DNA of 64,000 nt from the human T2T-CHM13v2.0 reference genome, Homo sapiens (GCF_009914755.1 NC_060933.1), one strand, 5' to 3'; counted from the first letter of the stretch, positions 1 to 14,316 are shown. Translations and numbers: made by a program. The notes: generated by a model from the letters alone, not told the origin.

Positions 1-997
1 CCCTAATACTGAGCAACTGCATACATTTTTATTTCCAGGTAAAGATCACCCTTTGAAAAAACTAAGGAGCCTGCCTGTCCATACAGGGCAAGCTTAAAAT
101 AGAATTATGTGAAGTGGTCTGGTCATCCTGTGACCTGTGGCAGAAAATAGTAGCAAAGAAAGCGAGAGAAAATATCAGAATCTGAAATTTCACCAATTCA
201 TGATAACCACAGACCCTCCTGGACCTTCCCTGGGAAAAAAGGAACAGAGAAAGGGGAGAATATTCTGTCTTCCTCAGATTCCAGCCCATCCCTTTCCAAT
301 GTCCAGAGTCTACCATCTGTGAATTTATAACTCCACCCTTTCTTCCTCCCCATTTCCAGTCTTCTCAGTTAAGCCTTCTGTAGCAAATGGATGAGTTAAG
401 ACCTGGTGTGTTGTCTCCCTGTTAGTAATTAAAGTGACATGAACAAAATTGCCACGTTTTGATTTCACTTCATGCCCAGAGACATCTGGGGATCTTTATG
501 GGCCAGTAATTTGATACTAAAGGTAGGCTAATCATTTGTGTCCCTTCAAATAGAGATTATTAGGTCTGTGTGTGACCTTTACTTAAAAACGAGGCTAAGT
601 GCTGCTGTACCGGGAGGACCAGGGTCACAATTTTCAGCCTCTTCTGCACTGTCCCTGGACCAGAGACCCATCAACTATGACTCAAGCACGCTTCCTAGAA
701 GACAATTCCATCCATCCAGAGTGCTTATCTAAGCAAACACCCTCCAGCCACCTACAGAACTCTCCCTGACAGTAGTGCTAATTAAGATTTTGTCCATCAG
801 TTACAATCCCAATAATGCTTCAGCACCCCCATGACTAGAGGCCCAGGCAGCTGTCGTGTCGGCTCACTTGTTTCCCCATTACAGGAAGTAAGCTCCCTTG
901 GAAAAAAATCACAGTGGTTAACCTTGGGGGAGGAAGAAACATTGTCTAGGAAAGAGCAAAAGAAACTTTCTGGGCAAAAGTCATGTTCTATATCTTA

Positions 998-1326
<329 letters not shown>

Positions 1327-1344
1327 ATGTTCTATATCTTAATA

Positions 1345-1730
1345 GGGGTTTGGGCTACACCAATGGATGCATTTGTTAAAACTGAGGAAATTAACATGAA
1401 GATTCGTGCATTTCTTTGTATGTACATTTTACATCAAAAGAAAAAAATTATAAACGAATATTTAACTCTTGATGATACTCATGATACAAAATAGTAACGT
1501 TAGTATATTAAGGTCTGCAATTTTCTTTGAATTGCATAAACAAAAAGAGGATGGCTAGTAAGACTGTTAGGTGGATAGAAAGACTGTTAGATGGATAGAT
1601 ATGTGACAACACAAGCATAGTAAAATTTTAATAATACAATGTAGATAATGGGCATAGGGGGTGGTCATCATAGTATTTGTTCAACTTAGTCATATGTTTG
1701 AAAATTTTGGATAATAAAATGCTGGAGGGA
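1345..1730 (+). mobile_element. Old LINE-1 3' end fragment (L1MC/L1MD-like)
   Basis: Degenerate L1M 3'UTR motifs (gatgcatttgttaaaact, tatgtttgaaaattttggataataaaatg). Confidence 0.55.
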
Positions 1731-1974
1731 AAAAGAAATCAACTCACATCCTCAGGCCGAACTCTAAATAAATTAGGCAGTAACTATATTACATTGCTAT
1801 ATTAGCCTCCAGTGACCTCCTCCACTCCTGACCGTTTTAAATATTTGGCGTTACAGCTTCATTCTCTCAAAAACAGAACAGGCTATGTTGTTTCGGTATA
1901 CTGCTAACACTGTGAACATCACAAGGTTCACCTTCAATTACTTTACCTAATCTGGAGTATGAGAGTATTCGTGA

Positions 1975-2345
1975 AGATTCTTTGGTTGTGATCAGAAACT
2001 GACTCTAACTTAAGCAAATGGGGAATTTATGGGAAAGATGTAGGGGAGCTCACAGGACTCACAGGATTGAAGGAAACGAGGCACAGAACATACAGAAACT
2101 AGACTGCTCCAGAGAGTGTAGTGGCAGGAAGTGTAGCATTGCCCCAGGGAGTGATGCGGTCATGAAAGAACGCCAATAATTAACAGACTTTCATCATTCT
2201 GCTCATAATCTAAATTTCAGGCAGATAATTTCCAACTGGCCTTCCTTGCCCATTAGACTGTATACGATGGAGAAAGATCATTTCCAAATGGAAATTCAGA
2301 TGCTATTACCAAAAGAAACTGGAATGGATGCTAAACGGCCTAAAA
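1975..2345 (-). mobile_element. Old MaLR LTR (MLT1-type)
   Basis: ttctttggttgtgatcagaaactgactctaacttaagcaaa...gggaatttatgggaaagat resembles the MLT1 LTR terminus. Confidence 0.5.
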
Positions 2346-3389
2346 TCAAAGCAAAAAATTAAACAAACAAACACTACAAGCATACTCACATTTTTCTGCA
2401 CACTTAACAAGACACTAAATACCATTTACTTGCTAAATACCACTCAGTTTTTCACTTCCTTCTGCCTCTCTTGTTTTGTAATTCCAACTCTGTCTTGTGA
2501 CCATCTTAATATTTCAACCAAAATTTCCTGGGTTCTATCTGCTCCCCTTCTCATCCCCAGAATCTAGTATTTCACAAGGAAGCTTAACCTCTCCATATCC
2601 ACTACCAGCACTGACTTAGAATTTAATACTTTCCTAGTTCACATCCCGGATCCCACACTGGTACATCTCAACCTACATCACTTGGGGTATTTGGATTTAT
2701 TTTCCAATTGCAAAGTTCTCTGGATATTAGTGAAGATGAGACCTAGGCCCATCTGGTTGTCCAACACATCACAGCAGAACCTGAGCAAGCTCAGGAACCA
2801 GCCTGACTCCCCCTAGTGCCACTCTAGAACAGGAGTTTTTAACAAGTGCTCTAGAATGACTGCTTCATAGGAGAGCTGTTACCTAGACGCAGGAGAGAAA
2901 TGAACATATGTAAAGCAAGGTAAGTCATTTTAAGCAACTGGATTTGAAAGAACTAACCAGTTTATCCAGAATTTTTGAGTAGGGAACAGAGGCTTGGCTC
3001 TAGAGCTGCACATTTGGGCCATGTTTATGTGAGTCAGGAGAAAGCCTGGCTCCAAGGCTGACACACTAGCACAGTTGTTGCTGTCACCTTTTGGGGTAAT
3101 TTGGAGCACACCCAGCAAGAATTGGCCCTGCGGCATGGGAGGCCAGAGGCCAGCTAGAGTTGTTCTTTCCATGAGTACCACACCCCTGGATTTTCAGGGT
3201 GTCCTGACACCCCTGGCTCCACTGTGAAAGGGCACACCCATCAGCAGATAGCAACCTACGGGGATCCCATCACCACTTGATTTTCCAAGTTCTGACTTCA
3301 TTTTCTCCAGGGCATTTTCTCCTCATTTTCCTGGTTGCAGGGGACCGTAGCTGCTTTATTTGGTTATGTTTGGCCCTCAATATGGAATA

Positions 3390-3590
3390 ATAATGGGGTT
3401 AAGAGTCTACAGCTGCTTGTTCATATTTAGAAAATGTTTCTTCTAGTTCTGGCTTCATAAATTATTAATTGTCTGAGTTTGGGAAAAATCATTCAAACAT
3501 CTCTAAATTGTAGTTTCTTCATTCGTAAAAAAAAAAAAAAATAACTATCGTATCTACTTCAGATTGCTATGAGAAATGAATGTCATAAAT
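3390..3590 (+). mobile_element. MIR SINE fragment
   Basis: ggttaagagt...tagtttcttcattcgtaaaa...tatctacttcagattgctatgagaaat, MIR core. Confidence 0.55.
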
Positions 3591-4382
3591 TTTGGCCATT
3601 CAACTACAGGCATCTAATGTGTTCCTGATAAAATCACAGAAGTTCTATACATAAAAATATATTTAACTTTTTAAAAATGTTAAGTCTGGTGTTTACCTTC
3701 AATCTCTTTAGGATGCCGTAAAAATTTATAAAAGATTAAATGTAATTATTATTAAAAGGATACGTAAGTCTACAGTTTTTAAATAAAGAAAAATTATAAA
3801 AATTAAAAATTACCTATAACCTCACCATTGTATGAATTTTGGAAAACTTATTAGCATCAGCAATACATGTTGTTTCGTAAACTATATTTTTGTTTCACAA
3901 TATGTGGCAAATGTGGACATGTGAAAAACAGTTTGCGAAATGTGAAATATCTTACAAATGTTTCCAATTACTGTCACTTTTACTATCAGTTACTTTTACT
4001 ATCAGCTCAGCAAAATTTATTAATTTTCTTAGGATAGTGATTAGTTGTAAGATTATATCTCCATTCTTAAAAAGCCATATGGTATTTAAAAGAAAACAAG
4101 CCAAAATATACAAAATGCTGAGAGCTAAACAGAGTTTAATGACTCTGAAAAGGACTCACAGATGTGAACTTATTAAAGTACTGTGCTCTAATGAATAGGA
4201 GTCTGGGCTTTGGAGTCATATATACTTGATTCGAATCCTAGCTCTGCTTCTCTAAGTCTCTGTTTTTCTGCTTATTAGCAAAACAAAATATAGTTCTTAT
4301 CCTAAAATTTTTTTAACATTTAAAATACTTACACATAGGGAAAAATAATAAGTAGTACCTATCTTAAAATATTATTACATAC

Positions 4383-4683
4383 AGTCAGTCACAGTAGCTC
4401 ACACCTGTAATCCCAGCACTTTGGGAGGCCAAGATGAGAAGATCCTTTGAGTCTAGGAGTTCAAGACCAGCCTGGTCAACATGGCAAAACCCCATCTCTG
4501 CAAAAAATACAAAAGTTAGCTGGGTGTGGTGATGCATGCCTGTAGTTCCAGCTACTCAGGAGGCTGAAATGGGAGGTTCACTTGAGTCCAGAAGGTCAAG
4601 GCTCCAGTGAGCTGTGATCACACCACTATACTCCAGCCTGGGCAACAGAGTGAGACCTTGTCTCAAAATAAAAGAAAAAAAAA
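4383..4683 (+). mobile_element. Alu SINE (AluJ-like)
   Basis: Alu dimer with J-type diagnostics (gatcctttgagtctaggagttc) and A tail. Confidence 0.93.
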
Positions 4684-4767
4684 TACATTATTAATATTAG
4701 ATCATAAATATTTAAATAATAAAAAATAGGCCTTCAAAAATACTGAAGATGCTATGGTTTCCAAGGT

Positions 4768-5290
4768 TTTATATATATGATATATATTGATATATAAGTC
4801 AGTATATATGATATATATGTCAATATATGATATATGACATTGATATATGATATATGTGATATATATCTATATGTCAATATGTATTATATCATATTTTTAT
4901 ATAATCATATTATGCATTATATTAAATATTTACATATATTTATAATATATTTATAATTATATAAAAATCTATAAACATAAATTTTTACAAATATATAAAT
5001 TTATATTTAAATATTTACATAATTTATATAATTATAAATATATATCCATGATATATATCACATATATATCATTATATATCATATGTCATATATTATATAT
5101 ATCATTATATATTACATCGATAATATATATGTATAATTATATTATATATTGATATAATATATGGATATATCTATATATTATGTATAATAGATATATTATA
5201 TCCATACATAATGCATCAGTATATTAAACAGATATATACAAATTATCATAATTTATAAATTATAACGAATTATGATAAATTATCATGACA
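4768..5290. repeat. Degenerate (TA)n / AT-rich low-complexity tract, ~520 bp
   Basis: Almost entirely A/T with recurring atatatgatatat units. Confidence 0.9.
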
Positions 5291-5499
5291 GTGATAATAT
5301 GTAAATTTTCAGCTGTTTTATTAAAGGAAAACAAACACAAGAGGCCCTCTACTGGCAACTGTCCATCAGAATGAGCACTCTTCATCCACAAGGGATGGTG
5401 GCCAAAAGTACAATAGTATTTTAGGAAGAAACTTGATAGTATGTAGCAAGATTCCTTAAAAACTCATAGTTATTTACCAATAATTTCCATGTTAAGACT

Positions 5500-5802
<303 letters not shown>

Positions 5803-6385
5803 CTCTATGACTATTTTCTAACAAAATTTAAATTATAGAATTTTTTATTAAAAATTAAAAATTTATAATTTTTATAATAATTGGTTATTATATCTTCTGT
5901 TAGTGAGAAAAATAATTTAAATATCTGACAACAGGGGAATAACTAAAAAAACTGTCCATTCTGTGTAATATAATAATTAAAATATACTTAAAGTAAATGA
6001 TAACATTAAAAATGTTTGTGTTATAATGTATTAAAATGCACATTTAAGAATATTTCATGGACCTCATGTTATTCTGTTTTCTCATGCTTAAACAAGATGT
6101 TCATTCAGACTTTATTTTTGCCTACAATCAGAATATGTAGCTTATTTTCATTCTTCTTCCATTTATTTCCATCCTGATTAAATCTCTATCTCAGAAAGAC
6201 TAATGCACAGAGACTTTTAGTGTAACTCCAGGCCTCAGACTATAATAGAAAATTCGGTGCAGTCTAAAGATTTATTTTGTTCAGATATACTACCATGGAA
6301 GCCTTCCCTGTACCCTCAATATTCTTTTTCTTTCCTGACATGTAACTTCTTTACCTGAAGCAAACACTATGCAACTGTAGTAGTA

Positions 6386-6695
6386 AGAGGAGGAGGAGAA
6401 AGGAGGAGGTAGAGGAGGAAGAAGGAGGCAGAGGAGGAGGAAGGAGGCGGAGGAGGAGGGAGGAGGAGGAAGAGGAAGGAGGAGGAGGAGGAAGTAGGAA
6501 GAGAAAGAAGGAGGTGGAGGTGGAGGAGGAGGGAGGAGGAGGAGGAAGGAGGAGGAGGAGGAAGGAGGAGGAAGCAGGAGGAGGAGGAAGGAGGAGGAGG
6601 AGGAAGGAGGAGGAGGAAGGAGGAGGAGGAAGGAGGAGGAGGAGGAAGGAGGAGGAAGAAGGAAAGGAAAGGAAAAAGGAAAGAGAGAAAGAAAT
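6386..6695. repeat. Polypurine (GGA/GAA)n tract, ~310 bp
   Basis: Near-pure A/G on + strand; source of the spurious poly-E/G/R and poly-P/S/L ORFs. Confidence 0.95.
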
Positions 6696-8060
6696 CTGAG
6701 TATCTGATGGGGAATAAAAGTTTGAGAGGGAGGAAAGCATATTTGACACTCTTACAAAAGAATTCACATATATGAGGTCAGGAGGGAAACTGACCTTTTT
6801 CTGGCCAGTAAATCTTTTGTTTTTCAGAGTTAAGGCCAGATAGTGGAAAATCAAAATATCTCTCTGCTTTATTTCCCAGCTTGCAGTACTCAATGGCATT
6901 AGTAAGGAAGTCTGTATAGGTTATAATCTTTTAGTTTCAATCCAGCCTCTGTGTCATTGCATCTGGTAGAAGTTAGTTCTATTTTCTGAAACATGCTCTC
7001 CTATTATCCATAGTTTGCATGATATTTATTAATTTAGTTTTATCTGGTTTTAGGGTCCTTATCTAGTTTTCTATACCATTAAAACTCCAATGGAATACTA
7101 GGAAAGGATATATCACACACTGAGTTTTAAAAGCAAATTTGGTAGCACCAACTCTAAGTAAGCATTGTTAAAATAAACAGTTGCCATGATCTGGGAGTGT
7201 TTAAAACATTTTGACCTCAGATTACTGCTCTAAATTAGTTGCTGAGAGTACCTGATTGTAAATAGGTTTTTATATTTCTTTGAAAATTCAAAGCATATCA
7301 CTTTGTTTAATTATATAATTTCTTTTCATAAAAACCTGTTTGCCGTTCTGCTACTCATATTCATTTCTCCATTTGTCTTCCACTAGACAGATGGTCCCAA
7401 GGAGAACTTAATTGAGATGATTGGAGAAGCAGGTAATGTAAAAAGAGAAAAATAATTTTGTTTTTCTTGTGGGTTTAAAATGATGACACCAGCTGAGTTT
7501 GATTAATTTGCTTCAAGGACAAAAAGTTCATTGAAAACAGCAGAGATGGCTTCTGGGTGTAGACAAATGGAAATGGCAGCCAACAATGCATTAATACAAT
7601 TTCAGGTTTATTTACCTACAGAAAGCTCAGAGGTTGGGAACTGCATGCAAAACTGCAAGCCACCAAAAACACCACAGAAAAATGAAACAATGACAGCAGC
7701 ACACCAAGCGGTTTTCATTAAATATAAAACCATGAGTGCAATTTAATTGGGATTTCCTTCCAGGGCCAGCAATGAGGCCTCTTCCCCTGTCACAGCTGTG
7801 TCTTGCTGTGGCTTATGTGTGAACAGCTACATGCTGAGGGTCTTGCAGGCACACTTTACATCAAAGCTTTAAGTCAAGCTACTCCAGTGACTTTAAAGCA
7901 ATTTAAATAAACACCCATCAGGGGAAAGAGGAAAAGCTGTGGTTGAGAAAAATGCAGTGTTTGGAACAATGAGAAGGGGCAGATATTACAGAGAACCACC
8001 TCATCCATCCCACATGACAGGGCCAGGGATGTGACTTTCCCAAGTTTCTCAGAACCAGGC

Positions 8061-8282
8061 TGTGGTGAACACAGCAATGCATGACCCAGGTCACCTTTCA
8101 AGAAAGGACTTGCTGCCCAGCTATGGGGAATGTGGTCATTGGTGAGCCTCCAGCTGACACCTCCTTCAGGGTCAGCCTCAGCTGCCTAGAGTTGCTTTGC
8201 CCAAGGTCTTACCCTTCTCAGGGAAACCTCAGATTGGCCATTCAATGACCAAGGAAGAGGGGAGTATAAAGGCTCAGCCATT
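8061..8282 (+). mobile_element. ERVL LTR fragment (LTR16-like), U3 through TATA
   Basis: tgtggtgaacac...gacccaggtcacctttcaaga...gcccaaggtc...caatgac...gggagtataaaggctcagcc matches recalled LTR16 layout. Confidence 0.6.
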
Positions 8283-8464
8283 AGTGTACACAGTATCATT
8301 CCGGGTATCACAATAAAATAAAACATAGAAAAATGTATGAAGTTGAGAAATAAAAGTAGAGATTAACTACTACCAGGTGACAGAATTAATACATGAAGCA
8401 CATTCTATAAAATCCTGTACACTAGATAGCAGTAGGCTACAAATTTGAGCTTAATAAGAGTTGT

Positions 8465-8764
8465 GGCCAGGCATGGTGGCTCACGTCTGCAATCCCAGCA
8501 CTTTGGGAGGCTGAGGTGAGTGAATCACTTCACGTCAGGAGTTCAAGACCAGCCTGGCCAACATGATGAAACCCCATCTCTACTAAAAATACAAAAACTA
8601 GCCAGGCGTGATGGTGCAAGCCTGTAGTCCCAGCTACTCAGGAGTCAGAGGCAGGAGAATTGCTTGAACCTGGGAGGCAGAGGTTGCAGTGAGTTGAGAT
8701 TGTGCCACTGCACTCTAGCCTGGGCGACAGAGCAAGACTTGATCTCACAAAAAGAAAGAAAAAA
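8465..8764 (+). mobile_element. Alu SINE (AluS)
   Basis: Full dimer; TSD aagagttgt / aagaattgt. Confidence 0.95.
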
Positions 8765-9030
8765 AGAATTGTGCCCTCTGGATTAGTAATGAATGAATAA
8801 ATGCGTGATTGCATGAAATATGTAATGACTACAAAGATTATTGAGGAATGTAACAATATTTGAAGATATTGAAAAGACCAATCCATGTTGTAAAGAAAAT
8901 CTTGCAAATATTCTTCCCAAAATAATCTACACATTTAATGCAATTCTAATAAAAATTCCAAAGGGTTTAGGAAACTGACAAAACCATTCTGAAATTCACC
9001 TGAAAGCAAAACAGACAGAAATAGCGATAA

Positions 9031-9087
9031 TTTTTTTTTTCTTTTTGATCAGGTAATCTCTTGAGCCAGAGTAGGCTCAGAGACTCC
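9031..9087 (-). other. Tiny poly(A)-tailed hairpin insertion (41-nt body) inside old L1
   Basis: T-tract 9031-9046 followed by gatcaggtaatctcttgagccagagtaggctcagagactcc; L1 sequence resumes on both sides. Confidence 0.6.
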
Positions 9088-9384
9088 TGCTCTAATATCT
9101 TGAACAACAAGAATAAGCAGGGAGAATTGCATTAACAGATTCTAAAATATAATGAAACAATATTAAGAACCATATGAGATATAAACAGAGAAGGCAGATG
9201 ATACAATCATACTAAATGATGAGACAGAAACAGACCCAAGGACACATTAGAATTTAATACAAAACAATCATTTACTGCTTCTCATGATTCCAAAATTTTG
9301 GTAGGGCTCAGAATAGACAGTTTATTTCTACCTTACATTGTGTTGACTACAGCAGTGCAACTGTGGCTGGAAGTTTCCAGATGG

Positions 9385-9543
9385 CTTTTTTTTTTTTGGA
9401 CAGGGTCTTGCTCTGTTACCCAGCCTGGAGTGTAGTGTTGCTATCATAGCTCACTGCAGCCTCAAACTTTTGCCTTCAAGTGGTCCTTCTGCCTCAGCCT
9501 CCCAAAGTGCTGGGATTACGGGTGTGAGCCACAGCGCCCAGCC
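9385..9543 (-). mobile_element. Alu monomer (FRAM-like)
   Basis: Single ~150-bp arm: right-arm body joined to cccaaagtgctgggattac...gcgcccagcc, with T tail. Confidence 0.85.
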
Positions 9544-10323
9544 TCCAACTTGTTTTATGATGCTTATATAACATTGATTCCAAAAACATACTCAAGTACT
9601 GTGAGAAAAATAAGCCAGATTTATTTTAAAACATAAATTTAAAAGTACCTACATCAATTATGATTAAATTGAACCAGCAACGTATAAAATAAATAATGCA
9701 TTGAGTCCAATTTCAGATGGGTTCACACCAGAAAACCTAATTAGTATAATCCGACTACTTTAGCAAAAGAAAAGAAATGAATATTTCAATGGATGGGGAA
9801 AATTTATTTTTTATTATTCAAAAATAATTCACAATTTTAAAGAACTCTTAGCAAATAAAAATTAAAATGAACTTTCTTAACCTGATAAGCAGAATCTAAT
9901 GAAAACTTACAACAATCACCCCAAATGGCAAGAAGTTAGATCATTCCCTTTGAAGACAGGAACGTGACAAAGATACCCACTATCAGTAATTCTATTCAAC
10001 ACTGTACTGACCCCAGCCAGAAGGGTAAGGAAAGAAGAAAAGATAACTGGCATGCAGGTTGTAGAGAAAGAAACAAAACAATAATTATTTTCTGATAGTT
10101 TTTTTCCATCTAGAAACTCCAAGAAACTCTTCAAATAAATGATCAGAGAAAACAATACAGTTTAGGAAGATAGTTGGATAAAAGGTCACTATATAAAGTT
10201 AATTACATTCCCATACATTAATAATTCAATGAAATTGGTATGGATCATTCAAAAAATAACATAAAAGTTAGCTATTACAAATTACAAATAAAACACATCT
10301 TAGTCCCTAATACATTCTTATGA

Positions 10324-10599
<276 letters not shown>

Positions 10600-10821
10600 A
10601 TTAATATTTTTAATGAAACTAGAAATTATAGGTGAATGGAAAGAGATTTTCTAAGTGTAAAAGCCATAGAAGGAGTCATAAAGCAGATGATCGACAAATC
10701 AGATTGCTTAAAATATGTTAAATGATACTAAAAAATCATTAACACTTAAGTGACAAACTAGAAAAATAGCCATAAATAAGACAAAAGGTTAATACCTTTA
10801 ATATACAAAGCACAGTTATAT

Positions 10822-11055
10822 GGTCATCCCTGGTATATGCGGGGGGGATTGGTTCCAGGACTGCCCCATACCCAAGCCCATGCATACTCAAGTCCCACAG
10901 TCAGCCTGTGGAACCTGCATGTATAAAAAGTCAGCACTCCATACTCAGGTTTTGCATCTGTGAATGCTATATTTTTGATCTGTACATTTGTTGAAAAAAA
11001 TTTGCATATAAGTAGACCCTTGCAGTTTAAATCTGTGTTGTTCAAAGGTCAACTG
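10822..11055 (+). mobile_element. MER8-like TcMar-Tigger MITE
   Basis: ggtcatccctggtatatgcgggggggattggttccagga...gtgttgttcaaaggtcaactg followed by TA; ~235 bp. Confidence 0.85.
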
Positions 11056-13085
11056 TAAATCTTAAAATCCACTGGAAAACACTAATGCTCCAATAGAAAT
11101 GTTAGCAAAGAAATATGAGCAAGTAAATTCAGGCAAGAAAATATTACTAATAAACATGTAAATAAAATTTAGCCTCACCATAAAACAATTGCTTATTAAA
11201 ATAGCAGTGATATGTTACTTTTCAAAATAGAAAATGACAACCAAGAAAAGGTGATTTGTGTGTTATGAGATGGGTCCTTTTATACACTGCTGTTAGAAGT
11301 TGAAGTTGCATAACCACTCTCCAGACAATATTTAGCACAATTTAACAGTATATATTACTTGACCCAGTAATTCTATATCTATTTATATATCCTGAAGAAA
11401 TAAGTGTGTGTGTGCGTGTGTGCATATGTGTGTATGTTTGTACAAAGTGCTCCGTGACACTAAACTATAGAAACACTAGATGTGCAACAAATGTGAAATT
11501 ATAACTCACCAATAATGATTTCAAATTTTAACATGTTTGGGAATTCTTCTTCAGGGAGAATTTTGCGCAGAAGCCCAGTATAAAAATTAGTCAAATGTGG
11601 ACTCTGAAAAGTCCAAGGGGATCCTGGAGCCAGTTGACTCAATTACTGCACTCCCAGTTCCTGCTTCCCCAAAGCCTTTGGTAGCCCCCAAGACTCTCAT
11701 CTCTATGAATCCTCAAGACAACATGGGAAACTGAAAAAAACACAGCTATATAATATTATAAAACTATTGAAATCATATCCTGAAAATTTGTAATCTTGAG
11801 AGAAAAAGTTCAAGATATCACATAAAAATTAATATACAAAATTACATTCTGTATGATTCCAACTAGATAAATATATGTATGTAAATATCCAGTGACTATT
11901 TTTGTTTGGGTCTTTATAGTCATCTGTATTTTTCTACTAAGACTGTGTATTCTCTTCATAATTAGGGGGAAATGGGAAATCACAAACAAACATGTAGTTT
12001 CCACTCAGGCCCATTAGATCAGGATAGAATTATTATATGCATCTGTAGAAAAAAAAATCTTGGAATTTTAAAGAAAATTTTATTAGAAACAGCTAAAATG
12101 CTCTCCAATAATCTACCTCTGGGACATTTATCTTCAGCATTATTCAGGCACATCTGAAATCAATTACAGCCGCCCCAACTGGCTTCAGGAACCTCTGTGT
12201 GCCTCCAGCCATCCCCACAGCAAACTGCCTCATCTGTGGTCAAAATAGAAACTTCTCAGTTGCCTTGATTGACCTAGAAATGTTTTATGTAATTTGCCCT
12301 TATGTGAAAGGGAAACATGTGTTAGAAAATAAATCTTTTTTAAACTTTGTCTTATTAAAGTGGTGCCAAGAAATATTCTCCATCATTTAGACACCAGAAG
12401 AAAAATAACAAATAACAAATAAATGGAATCTCCAAAATAAAGTCAAAGAAAAATCACTGCTAGCCAGTCTCTAGAGATACAAAGTGAAGGGTGATTTGAT
12501 TTTTAATCTTTGAATACCAGAAAGAGGCCATCTATAAGAACTGTATATACAGAAATAACAGGTAGAACTTATATTTTTCCTTCCTTCTTTCATTCGGTAA
12601 ACATTTACCTAAAAATCTATAATATGAAGATATTATACTAGGGACCTGAAATAGAAACTCATGCACAATGAGGGTAAGTATAAAAGCAGAAATGTAAAGA
12701 AATAATTAGTTTATTTAAGAGTGTTATGATAAAGATGTGTGTAAGATGTTCCAGAAAGTCAAAAGGGAAATCCAGTAATTTCTTTCCCAGGAATGAAGGA
12801 ACAGGGGAAAGAAACTGAGAAGCATGAATGGGAGGAGGGGATGGAGGCAGAAATATCCAGTGCTTCCCAGAGGCAATGACGATATGATAATCCTTCATAA
12901 AAGGCAGAAAAATAGGGTAAGTATGTTCCATAAAAAGAAACTGATCAAGTTTTACATTGATGATCACGCATCTCAAATGGGCCCTTAGAGCCTCCTGGCA
13001 ATTCAACTGTATTTTTTCAGTTCATTCACTCAATTTCTAAGATGACCAGTTTGTGCCTTTTTTCTCTCCTCACCTAGCCTATGTT

Positions 13086-13391
13086 GGCCTGGCACAGTAG
13101 CTCGTCTCTATAATCCCAGCACTTTGGGAGGCTGAAGTGGAAGGATCACTTGAGGCTAGGAGTTTGAGACCAGCCTGAGCAACATAGCAAAACCCTGTCT
13201 CTACAAAAAAAATTAAAAATTAGCCAAGTATAGTGGTGCATACCTGTAGTCCGAGCTACTTGGGGGGCTGAGGGCAAGAGGATCACTTGAGCTGAGGAGT
13301 TCGAGGCTGCAGTGCAATGATTGGGCCACTGCTCTCCAGCCTGACCAACAGAGCAAGACATTGTCTCCTAAAAAACAAAAATAAAGAAAAA
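13086..13391 (+). mobile_element. Alu SINE (AluJ-like)
   Basis: Alu dimer with gaggctgcagtg J diagnostic and A tail. Confidence 0.93.
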
Positions 13392-13399
13392 ATATCCCA

Positions 13400-14093
13400 T
13401 GCATCCGCCCTGTGTTCTCTTTCAGATGATAATCCCGCTTCCTTTTTCACTGAGAAAACAGAAGCAATCAGAATAGGCATTGACATACACCAGCTACCAC
13501 ATCTACTGATATATTGGTATGTGTGCCTTGTTCTTAGCAGTCTGGGGCTATGAATGACCTGTTAGCCTCTGAGCTGAGGCCACACCCTTCACTTGTGCAG
13601 TCAATCTCATCCATCTTGCCAACTCAACAACAACACTGCTTCAACAATTGTTCCCTCTCTCTCCTGCATCTTCAATTCCCTGTCTCTGCTCAGTCATTCA
13701 TACCAGCATACAAAAATGCTAGAAGGTCAAACAAAACCCTCATTTACCCCAGATACCATAACACATCTCTGCCTTTCTTTACTACAAAACTTCTATAAAA
13801 GCTTGCCTATCCATGGTGGCGCCAATTCTGCTCTTCCCACCCTCTCTTGGATGCATTCCTACCAGGCTTTCCTCCCAACCACTCTGCTGAAGCAGCTTTC
13901 ATAAACATCTTCAGTTCATCTCAACCACTTACACTCTATCCCACACACCTCCTGCACTACCACCATTTGACACCTGTACATTTACTTGCTCGTTTGTTGT
14001 CAACTAACTAGGCTGTACACTCCATGCACTCTATCCCGAGAGCCCAGAATGCTCTTCGGTACACAACAGGTACCCAATAAATATTTTTTAAAT
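13400..14093 (+). mobile_element. L2 LINE 3' fragment
   Basis: cttcctttttcactgagaaaacagaagcaatcagaa; ends with caggtacccaataaatattttttaaatg, an L2 terminus. Confidence 0.7.
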
Positions 14094-14110
14094 GGGTTTT
14101 AGCTTGTGAT

Positions 14111-14316
14111 CATTTACTGTATCAATTACCTCTGTGTAAACAATGCTAAAAATCTTTATCGTACATATTATTCTATATTCTTGACTTCCTGTACTTCCAA
14201 AAAAAAATTTTGATAGGCCCAAAATATTCATGTTGGGGTTTTGCTTGAAGTTACATTAAATATATAAATTAACCCGATGAGGACTGATAACATATTGGAT
14301 CATCCTATCAGAAACA
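14111..14316 (+). repeat. Local dispersed duplication of 27975-28176
   Basis: Manual alignment: ~9 substitutions and 3 small indels over ~205 bp, same orientation. Confidence 0.95.

Noticed and set aside
31-48. atttccaggtaaagatca resembling the duplicated 14.37/18.10-kb segment
   Set aside because: Match of under 20 bp that does not extend; consistent with chance
6351-6899. 182-aa and 61-aa low-complexity ORFs
   Set aside because: Translations of the (GGA)n tract; no coding signature
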